DNA of 6,327 bases from a virus. The notes beneath the pieces were generated by a model. It saw only the letters and a list, made by a program, of their open reading frames with translations, did not search any database and was not told where the DNA came from. Below, one piece after another: positions 1 to 5,170 of this stretch (position 1 is the stretch's first letter; every line of letters begins with the position of its first letter). The DNA lies in IMG/VR virus record IMGVR_UViG_3300045988_028566, positions 1 through 6,327 of that record. One strand, 5' to 3'. The translations under genes and the position numbers were made by a program.

Positions 1-55
1 TTCGGGAGCTTTAATACCGAACTGAGCGGCCATCTGATCTGAATAGTCCTTACTA
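1..55. repeat. Terminal redundancy, left copy. Marks a circular genome of 6272 nt.
   Basis: Bases 1-55 (ttcgggagctttaataccgaactgagcggccatctgatctgaatagtccttacta) match 6273-6327 exactly by eye. A 55-nt end overlap is typical of a circular contig from a k-mer assembler. Confidence 0.97.
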
Positions 56-1092
56 CTGAATTGTACTACTTCCTTCCAACGCTGAAGATACTCGGTTGCA
101 CGGATTGAGAGAGCGGAAAGATCTGAATTTAAAAAAGCGTACTTAGCAGATCCAGCACTATTAGCTGGAGAGGCGACAACAGACGTACCATCGTTGGGGT
201 TAGTAATAGTGGCATAGCTACCTAAACGGAAATCAGTACCAAAAGCAACAGAAGTAGACTCGTGAGAAGAATTAATAGAAGGCAAAACAGCTACCGAACC
301 ATACTGAGAATTAGGGAGGATACCCATAAAATAATCTTTAGGGTAATTAGCATACCGAAGTTTTAACATATCAGGAACAACAGCCAGCTGTGATGTTCCA
401 TCCCAATAATCAACATTATAAGAATAGGCCAAATGTTTTTCCCATTGAGAACAGCTGAAAAAATCAAAATAGACTTTCTGGTACGCCAATAGCGGAAGCA
501 AATTTACAATCTGGGAAGACTTATAAACCAAAGGGTTATCAGCATCGGCAACATCAGTAAGACCTAAATATGATGCGGTAATTGCTTTTTTAGAAACATT
601 ATTACTAGCAAGAAATGAACCATAACCCAATAAATCCAAAATCTTACAAGAACCATATGAAAACGGGAGGCCAGCATCATCAAGCGTATCAGAACCAGAA
701 CCAACAACAAGAGCAAGAGTATTACTAATATTAACCAAAGTGGTATTAGGTACAGAAGTTAACATCTTAGTATTAGAAGTACCGCTATCGGCAGAGGTCA
801 TATAATCAGACATCTGAGTAAATGCCTGCGGAAGCGCACGGGAAATCAGACGTAACGGCACAGCGTAAAAATCATAATACTCTTTAATACGGGTATAAGC
901 AGCCGTATTAACAGGGACAGTACGGGTGAACCAATCAGAAGAAATACGATACTTATTACCAGGAATAGCAATCTGCCAATAACAAGGTAAAATTTCACCA
1001 ACCTTAGCAGTAAATAGCTTCTTCGAGCTTAAATCAAAAGATGACCGATGAGTAGCAATTCTCGCTCGATCGAGGGGATTAAAATCACTCAT
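1..1092 (-). CDS. VP1: Major capsid protein VP1 (phiX174 F-like), N-terminal 364 codons. Continues across the circular junction into 6272->5622.
   Basis: ATG at 1092-1090, then an open frame to base 1 (1092 nt, exactly 364 codons). Hand translation begins MSDFNPLDRARIATHRSSFDLSSKKLFTAKVGEILPCYWQIAIPGNKY, the usual microvirus capsid N-terminus (FDLS...G.L.P). The last codons at the window start read FSSKDYSDQMAAQFGIKAPE, which joins YMGNHSH at 6272 in frame. It is missing from the ORF track only because it runs off the window edge. Confidence 0.93.
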   Translation of the reverse strand, partial: MSDFNPLDRARIATHRSSFDLSSKKLFTAKVGEILPCYWQIAIPGNKYRISSDWFTRTVPVNTAAYTRIKEYYDFYAVPLRLISRALPQAFTQMSDYMTSADSGTSNTKMLTSVPNTTLVNISNTLALVVGSGSDTLDDAGLPFSYGSCKILDLLGYGSFLASNNVSKKAITASYLGLTDVADADNPLVYKSSQIVNLLPLLAYQKVYFDFFSCSQWEKHLAYSYNVDYWDGTSQLAVVPDMLKLRYANYPKDYFMGILPNSQYGSVAVLPSINSSHESTSVAFGTDFRLGSYATITNPNDGTSVVASPANSAGSAKYAFLNSDLSALSIRATEYLQRWKEVVQFSSKDYSDQMAAQFGIKAPE

Positions 1093-1110
1093 AATTAATT
1101 AAAATTTAAA

Positions 1111-2790
1111 TTAGACCATACGGTTAAATACATCATTAGCATCATTAAGCTTTTTGTGCTTAATCATATCACGACAGAATGTTGCACTACGGTACCGGAG
1201 TTGCTCAAGGAGGGAAAGCGTTTCACTTGAGACGGCTTGCAAGGCATCAAGCTCCTGCCCGTTCTGAGGTAACGCAAACATACAATCTGATATTTCAGGG
1301 TATTGGGAACGGAGACTATATGTATCTCGTAAACTTTCATAATTCGCTTTCGTTTCATATTCTATGCCTTTTTTAATGATAAACATAATACGACCGGCAT
1401 AAGAATCAATATTACAGCCGAAGGAAGGCAAATGCCAATTACGGAAGAACTTATAGACATATAAGAACAGCCGATACAACTTATTAATATAAGATTCAAT
1501 ATCGACATCACTAGAACTGTTACAGAACCTAGTAAGGCACCGAGAAGTATGTAATATAATTTTATCATCATCAGTAAGAATAGGATTAGCCTTAAGATAT
1601 TGATAATAAGTACGAACAAGACTCAAGACTGAATCCTGTTTATAGTCAATGAATCCGTATTTTGCGATTCTTTTTGGCGTTGAATGTACAGCGCGAAGAA
1701 TTCGAGCAATCGCAATACTATCGTCATCGCGAGCAGACGAGAATCGGGGCAATAAGGTACGGATATACGAAATGGGTGGAGTTGACCGAATACTAAGGCC
1801 GTTGAAGTTGTAGATTCTTCCATTAACGACAGAATCGATTTTTTGCTCAATCTGCGCATAAGGTTCTTCACCTTCCACGAGATCACAGCCTTTTTCAAAG
1901 AATCCGAGAGACGCTCGCGACTTGGGTCTAAACGCGCGGCATGAGCGATATAATAAGGGAGCAGAACAAAGGCTGTTAACGTAACTCGAAACGTACGAAG
2001 AAGCTCCACCTCGGGCAATCTGGAAATCTGAACGACCGAATTTCCAACTCTTATCGTGACAGTATCGTAATACCTTTGAGACTTCTTCCGAGTTTGTGAA
2101 TAATAAGATATGATAATGCGGACGGAAATGTACAGGGCCGTACTCGCCGACAGCGTAGAAATGTAGCGTTTCATAAGAACCTAATTGTTTATATAAATAT
2201 TTACGTAATCTTTTAATATAATTCTGAACATCAACATAGTTTAAAAAGGGAATAAGGTTATCACGACCATATTGTTTAGAAGCGGGATAATCCGTTTTTT
2301 CAACCGATTGCGTCTTATAGATAAAACTACGAATAGCATCCATACTAAGAAACCAATTATCCTCAATAGGAGCATATTTCTTAATCTCACGGTCAAACGG
2401 CACAGTACCTTGTACTTGTTCGAAGAATATATGACGCAGCATGAAGTCATCATCACACTGATATTCGGAAACAGGAATATATTTATGATATTCATGGCCA
2501 AAATGAATATCTCCCGAAATGCCTATAGCGTCATCATAATCACTATGCAAAACCTTACAAGCCATAAGAGGAACATATTCATTATCATAAGTAAGTGTAA
2601 CGAAATAAGAATACTTAAAAGCACTTCCAGCGGTCCTCACGCGCATGGACGCTTTTTGGGCTTTCTTATGGATACAATAATCACATTGACCGCAATCTAC
2701 AGCAATGCGTGCACCATTATACCTATTTGTAATAAATGAACGATACTGACAATGGTCAACAGCCTTAAGCAAATCGGGAGAATATTTCAT
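1111..2790 (-). CDS. VP4: Replication initiation protein VP4 (HUH rolling-circle endonuclease, phiX174 protein A-like), 559 aa
   Basis: ATG at 2790, TAA at 1113-1111. All three rolling-circle Rep motifs are present: FVTLTYDNEYVP (motif 1), HFRPHYHILLF (HUH motif 2) and SSYVSSYVNSL (two-tyrosine YxxxY motif 3, as in phiX174 A). There is also an N-terminal Cys cluster, CGQCDYC. Confidence 0.95.
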   Translation of the reverse strand: MKYSPDLLKAVDHCQYRSFITNRYNGARIAVDCGQCDYCIHKKAQKASMRVRTAGSAFKYSYFVTLTYDNEYVPLMACKVLHSDYDDAIGISGDIHFGHEYHKYIPVSEYQCDDDFMLRHIFFEQVQGTVPFDREIKKYAPIEDNWFLSMDAIRSFIYKTQSVEKTDYPASKQYGRDNLIPFLNYVDVQNYIKRLRKYLYKQLGSYETLHFYAVGEYGPVHFRPHYHILLFTNSEEVSKVLRYCHDKSWKFGRSDFQIARGGASSYVSSYVNSLCSAPLLYRSCRAFRPKSRASLGFFEKGCDLVEGEEPYAQIEQKIDSVVNGRIYNFNGLSIRSTPPISYIRTLLPRFSSARDDDSIAIARILRAVHSTPKRIAKYGFIDYKQDSVLSLVRTYYQYLKANPILTDDDKIILHTSRCLTRFCNSSSDVDIESYINKLYRLFLYVYKFFRNWHLPSFGCNIDSYAGRIMFIIKKGIEYETKANYESLRDTYSLRSQYPEISDCMFALPQNGQELDALQAVSSETLSLLEQLRYRSATFCRDMIKHKKLNDANDVFNRMV

Positions 2791-2799
2791 AATTATTTA

Positions 2800-3108
2800 T
2801 TATTTACGTTTATCAATGACTAAATGACGGTTGCGCTCACCAAATGAAATATGAATAAACGTAGGATACAATATAAGTTGATCAAACACATGAACGGTAT
2901 CTGAATAGTTATAGATATGTTCAAGCAACCGGTTATAAGAAGTAGAACCATACGGTTTAATATCAACAGCTTCTCCAACCAAATGTTGTGAATTAGAAGC
3001 ACCTGCAGCAGCTTCATTTTCAGCAATAGAGCGCTTAGCACTTGTTACCGAAAAATGCAAGTTATAACACAACAGGTGCTCAAAAAAGTCCATAAGAGTA
3101 TAATTCAT
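2800..3108 (-). CDS. Minimal M15-family zinc peptidase (Peptidase_M15_3 / D-Ala-D-Ala carboxypeptidase-like), putative endolysin, 102 aa from ATG 3108
   Basis: VTSAKRSIAENEAAAGASNSQHLVGEAVDI matches the M15 core (SGxRxxxxNxxxGGxxxSxHxxGxAxD; H-x6-D encoded at about 2962-2991). A distal FIHISF (2842-2859) supplies the third zinc-ligand His. The tracked 123-aa version starts at a TTG (3171), and its first 21 codons give the implausible LENCDWSCFRCIRLYFKCYRS. ATG 3108 is preferred. Confidence 0.85.
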   Translation of the reverse strand: MNYTLMDFFEHLLCYNLHFSVTSAKRSIAENEAAAGASNSQHLVGEAVDIKPYGSTSYNRLLEHIYNYSDTVHVFDQLILYPTFIHISFGERNRHLVIDKRK

Positions 3109-3188
3109 AGACCGATAGCATTTAAAATATAACCTAATGCAGCGGAAACAGCTCCAATCACAATTTTCCAAATATTAGCACTTTTCAT
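3105..3188 (-). CDS. 27-aa single-pass membrane peptide MKSANIWKIVIGAVSAALGYILNAIGL, translationally coupled to the M15 peptidase
   Basis: ATG at 3188-3186. The TGA stop (3107-3105) overlaps the peptidase ATG (3108-3106) as ATGA. 15 of 27 codons end in T, matching the genome bias, against 9 of 21 in the competing TTG-extended peptidase frame. The layout is an N-terminal Lys followed by about 20 hydrophobic or small residues. It is the tail of tracked ORF 3105-3329, whose upstream part I treat as a frame shadow. Confidence 0.5.
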   Translation of the reverse strand: MKSANIWKIVIGAVSAALGYILNAIGL

Positions 3189-3372
3189 TTCCTTGAGTTT
3201 TAAGTTCAACAAAATCATTTTCTTCTTTAATCGAATCCACAATGACAATAAGGCCCAACGAAGAAATTCGCTCAGAATAATTTCCAAGACCATCGAGAGA
3301 ATTGACAATATAAGGCGAAATAACATCACGACCAGTGATTTTTTCTTTGACTGAAATAATAAATTTCTGCAT
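3175..3372 (-). CDS. Hypothetical protein, 65 aa; first gene downstream of the predicted promoter
   Basis: ATG at 3372 and TAA at 3177-3175. Composition is that of a soluble protein (MQKFIISVKEKITGRDVISPYIVNSLDGLGNY...). It packs tightly against the following genes. I recognise no motif. Confidence 0.6.
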   Translation of the reverse strand: MQKFIISVKEKITGRDVISPYIVNSLDGLGNYSERISSLGLIVIVDSIKEENDFVELKTQGNEKC

Positions 3373-3377
3373 AATTG

Positions 3378-3395
3378 TAAAATGTTTAAAATGTT
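3378..3395. repeat. Perfect tandem 9-nt repeat TAAAATGTT x2 (minus sense AACATTTTA x2), just upstream of the ORF65 start
   Basis: 3378-3386 equals 3387-3395 by eye. It lies in the predicted 5' UTR, 6 nt from ATG 3372. Confidence 0.8.
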
Positions 3396-3423
3396 AATAA
3401 ATAGTTGTAACTTCTAACTGGGG

Positions 3424-3454
3424 CAAATATACGAACTATTTTTATAATTCCAAA
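3424..3454 (-). promoter_or_regulatory. Bacteroidetes-type sigma-A promoter: -33 TTTG, 19-nt spacer, -7 TATATTTG (TAnnTTTG)
   Basis: The minus strand reads TTTG GAATTATAAAAATAGTTCG TATATTTG. TTTG is the complement of 3451-3454 and TATATTTG of 3424-3431. It sits in the only sizeable AT-rich non-coding stretch, about 50 nt upstream of ATG 3372. Both boxes and the spacing fit the published Bacteroides consensus. Confidence 0.55.
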
Positions 3455-3492
3455 AGAAATCTCTTTTTTTTTAGATTCTACCATAGAGTGTG

Positions 3493-3560
3493 AGTTGTGC
3501 GTTTATGGACGAGGGATGGAGAAATCGAGAAGATAACTCGATTTTGCTTCGCACACAACT
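3493..3560 (-). other. Nested stem-loop element: an interrupted outer stem enclosing a perfect 8-bp hairpin
   Basis: Outer stem is 3493-3501 (agttgtgcg) paired with 3550-3560 (cgcacacaact), 9 bp with a 2-nt bulge. Inner hairpin is 3522-3529 (aaatcgag) paired with 3537-3544 (ctcgattt), with the 7-nt loop aagataa (viral sense TTATCTT). The TAG stop of ORF 3559-3927 lies in the outer stem. Confidence 0.5.
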
Positions 3561-3927
3561 AGGGGCTTCGCTTAATTAACAAGAGGATGTATACAGAGGT
3601 GTATAGGCACGGCAGGTCAGATAGAACCTGCCTTTGCGCGCTCTGCGCTAAAATACCGGAGCGGGGCGCTCCTATAAGGAAGTCGCTCCGCTCCATTTTT
3701 AGACCAGGCCCTACGCGGGCGGCGGGTGTATATCGCTCAAACGCCGCGATGGGCTTTAAGTCCTGAAGAATGTTAGGATCTTTGGGATACAATGTGTAAG
3801 TATGCTCATATTTACGACACGTAGGAAGACTAGTCCAATATTCTATCCATTCCTTACACTGATCTAATGTACCAACATTACTAAACATAATTTTACGACC
3901 TACTTTAATACGAAGTTCAAACATCAT
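3559..3927 (-). CDS. Hypothetical protein, 122 aa as an open frame. Only the N-terminal 58 or so codons (3927->about 3754) look like genuine coding sequence.
   Basis: ATG at 3927 and TAG at 3561-3559. By hand count, codons 1-58 have T at the third position in 29 of 58, like the core genes. Codons 59-122 have 11 of 64 and coincide with the GC-rich hairpin island. Confidence 0.5.
   Translation of the reverse strand: MMFELRIKVGRKIMFSNVGTLDQCKEWIEYWTSLPTCRKYEHTYTLYPKDPNILQDLKPIAAFERYTPAARVGPGLKMERSDFLIGAPRSGILAQSAQRQVLSDLPCLYTSVYILLLIKRSP
3598..3754. other. GC-rich hairpin cluster, compositionally foreign; function unknown
   Basis: Four hairpins read by eye. H1 is 3611-3617/3626-3632 (ggcaggt/acctgcc, 7 bp). 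H2 is 3636-3639/3645-3648 (gcgc/gcgc), extendable through ttt/aaa. H3 is 3658-3668/3684-3694 (11 bp with one G-T), plus 4 more bp in the apical part. H4 is 3708-3721/3742-3754 (12 bp with bulges). 3601-3760 is 94/160 G+C against 54/160 in 3761-3920. GGTGTATA occurs at 3598-3605 and 3725-3732. Confidence 0.7.
3658..3700 (+). terminator. Terminator-like hairpin H3, best formed in plus (antisense) orientation, with an A-tract upstream and a T-tract downstream
   Basis: The plus strand reads ctAAAAtacc GGAGCGGGGCG-15 nt-CGCTCCGCTCC aTTTTTag. In minus sense the single G-T pair becomes a C/A mismatch, and the T-run (GGTATTTTAG) sits 4 nt from the stem. No credible plus-strand gene or promoter was found upstream. 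Confidence 0.3.
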
Positions 3928-3969
3928 AACTTTATAATTTAATGGTTAATATTCTGTTTTTCTGTATTA

Positions 3970-4003
3970 CAAAGATAAGAAATAGTTTGCAAAGTACGAC
4001 AAA
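3970..4003 (-). promoter_or_regulatory. Weak candidate Bacteroidetes-type promoter upstream of ORF 3559-3927
   Basis: The minus strand has TATCTTTG (TAnnTTTG; complement of 3970-3977) with an upstream TTTG (complement of 4000-4003). The spacer is 22 nt, outside the usual 19-21. Confidence 0.3.
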
Positions 4004-4044
4004 GTTGGAGTTAAAGAGTGTTTGGAATATATCAATAAATGTAC

Positions 4045-4079
4045 AAAAAAAATCTTTCCCCCGATTCGCGGGGGAAAGA
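4045..4079 (-). terminator. Rho-independent terminator directly downstream of VP2
   Basis: Minus sense reads TCTTTCCCCCG CGAAT CGGGGGAAAGA followed by T8. That is a perfect 11-bp stem (4053-4063/4069-4079), a 5-nt loop and a U-tract (complement of A8 at 4045-4052). It starts 8 nt after the VP2 TAA stop (4090-4088). Confidence 0.8.
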
Positions 4080-4087
4080 GAATAGAT

Positions 4088-5170
4088 TTACCAGCGGCCA
4101 ACACTATTACCGACACCTTGAAAAATACGGGTGCCATAATCAAAAGCATTACGCAAACCATAAGAATCAAAGTCTTTCTTAGCATTACCAGCAGACCACT
4201 TATAATAGTCACGAATAGCTTTGTCCCTACTATATTGAATACCTTTACGATTATTTACATTCTTATAATCCCATAAAGAATCATAATACTGTGTATAATA
4301 TGCCATATTAGTAGCAGATATAAGGGCATCAGCAGTACCAGCAGCAACCTTATTACTAATATTCTGTCCTTCAGTTTGAGCAGCAAGATTAATAGCACGC
4401 TGAATCTCTGTCTGGACCTGTTTTTCAGTTAAAACACCTTGCTGAACAAGATTATAAAGATATTGGGCCTTCGTAAACAAATCAGCTTGTTGCTGAACAT
4501 CCATATACTTATTAAGAATCGCTTGAGCGTCAGCCTGGAGATAAATTTGAGAAGTCTGAGCAGCAGAAAGCTTTCCAGCCGCAACAGCATTCTCAAGTTG
4601 TTGACGTTCTAATGATTGATCGAGTTCGGCAGAAATACGACCGGTATTCTTATCCCAATAACCAGACTCACCAATACCAATCTGCCGATAATTAGTATCA
4701 CCTTTCATCTTTTCAACCATGTACGGAGTCAAAGCATCTATTTGGTTACTTTCGGAAATAGCTTTCTTCGCCTGAGCAAAACTAGCTAAAGCCGTATCAA
4801 CAGAAGAAAAATCAGGATGAAAAGCCTGATAAGGAATAGGATTAACCGCACTAGCCTGAGCACCACTAGGGGAAGAAACGCCCGAACCAGTCATAGCAGA
4901 AGAACCACTCATAAACGGATTCAAACCACGAGAAATCATAGCTTGCGGAGAATTATACTCACGAGATTCATCAATCATTTTTTCTTGCCAATCACGTTGT
5001 TTTTGAGCTTCTTTCATATTAAACTGATTGGTAGTCTGAGTATTACGAAAATTAGCACGATTCGCAGAAGATTGTTGAAGAGTCCCGAATATACCGCTAA
5101 TAGCAGCACCTAAGAAATGATGCTCATTTCTAGGGGAAAGAATACTTTCCCCTACTTCTAAAAACCTCAT
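4088..5170 (-). CDS. VP2: Minor capsid / DNA pilot protein VP2 (phiX174 H-like), 360 aa
   Basis: ATG at 5170. It has an N-terminal hydrophobic segment (FLGAAISGIFGTL). It also has the VP2-typical EAQKQRDWQEKMIDESREYNSPQAMISRGLNPF region and a long Gln/Ala-rich helical central part. Size and position next to the capsid genes fit. Confidence 0.85.
   Translation of the reverse strand: MRFLEVGESILSPRNEHHFLGAAISGIFGTLQQSSANRANFRNTQTTNQFNMKEAQKQRDWQEKMIDESREYNSPQAMISRGLNPFMSGSSAMTGSGVSSPSGAQASAVNPIPYQAFHPDFSSVDTALASFAQAKKAISESNQIDALTPYMVEKMKGDTNYRQIGIGESGYWDKNTGRISAELDQSLERQQLENAVAAGKLSAAQTSQIYLQADAQAILNKYMDVQQQADLFTKAQYLYNLVQQGVLTEKQVQTEIQRAINLAAQTEGQNISNKVAAGTADALISATNMAYYTQYYDSLWDYKNVNNRKGIQYSRDKAIRDYYKWSAGNAKKDFDSYGLRNAFDYGTRIFQGVGNSVGRW

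Noticed and set aside
1164-2501. Four same-strand ORFs nested in VP4 (1164-1358, 1362-1619, 1623-2174 at 183 aa, and 2241-2501). They recall the overprinted genes of phiX174 (B and K inside A).
   Set aside because: All four are in the +1 frame relative to VP4. VP4 codons overwhelmingly end in T, so +1-frame codons have T in the middle and cannot be stops. That also forces Leu/Ile/Phe/Val-rich translations, as observed. The long open frame follows from codon bias alone. Comparative data would be needed to argue otherwise.
2820-3041. 73-aa ORF nested in the peptidase gene. The same reasoning applies to 3967-4212 (81 aa, overlapping the VP2 end and the terminator) and 5130-5327 (65 aa).
   Set aside because: Each is the +1-frame shadow of the real gene (M15 peptidase, VP2 and the scaffold-like gene respectively). 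ORF 3967-4212 would also have to read through the intrinsic terminator.
3109-3177. ORF65 and the peptidase are in the same frame, separated only by TAA-TAT before the TTG at 3171. This could suggest stop-codon readthrough or recoding into a fusion of about 190 aa.
   Set aside because: The linking translation (LENCDWSCFRCIRLYFKCYRS) is Cys-rich and implausible. The alternative frame there encodes a well-formed TM helix with the genome's codon bias. TAA also terminates VP1, VP2, VP4 and the peptidase normally.
3189-3329. The upstream part of the hydrophobic 74-aa ORF (MMLFRLILSILSMVLEIILSEFLRWALLSLWI...), which together with the C-terminal helix looks like a two-TM holin overprinted on ORF65.
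   Set aside because: It starts at GTG and lies in the +1 frame of ORF65. It shows the same T-in-middle hydrophobic shadow as the VP4-nested ORFs. Only the last 27 codons, which lie almost entirely outside ORF65 and carry an NNT bias of their own, were kept. An E-like overprinted lysis gene cannot be fully excluded without relatives.
3386-3484. A 32-aa basic ORF (MVESKKKEISFGIIKIVRIFAPVRSYNYLLTF) that could be an analogue of the J/VP8 DNA-binding protein.
   Set aside because: Its KKK comes from an A9 homopolymer. It spans the predicted promoter boxes. Codon bias is only moderate (12 of 32 NNT). It is not comparably basic to phiX174 J. I cannot support it from sequence alone.
3493-3560. A roughly 70-nt element with a terminal stem and an internal 7-nt-loop hairpin, considered as a tRNA or tRNA-like gene.
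   Set aside because: There are no D-arm or T-arm equivalents and no GTTCRA T-loop. The 7-nt loop lacks U33 and purine-37 geometry in either orientation.
3572-3732. Possible dif-like (XerC/D) attachment site or MITE with a target-site duplication. The cues were TGTATA motifs at 3588, 3600 and 3727, the TTAATTAA palindrome at 3572-3579, and the GGTGTATA repeats.
   Set aside because: I found no 11-6-11 imperfect palindrome resembling a dif site and no terminal inverted repeats inside the GGTGTATA copies. A single 8-mer repeat within about 130 nt is not improbable by chance. It is mentioned only as a weak alternative under the island finding.
3590-3760. Small self-cleaving ribozyme (hammerhead, twister, etc.) in the GC-rich island.
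   Set aside because: There is no CUGANGA...GAAA hammerhead core in either sense. CUGACCU occurs in minus sense but fails the consensus. I could not recognise other ribozyme cores by eye. A covariance-model scan would be needed to be sure.
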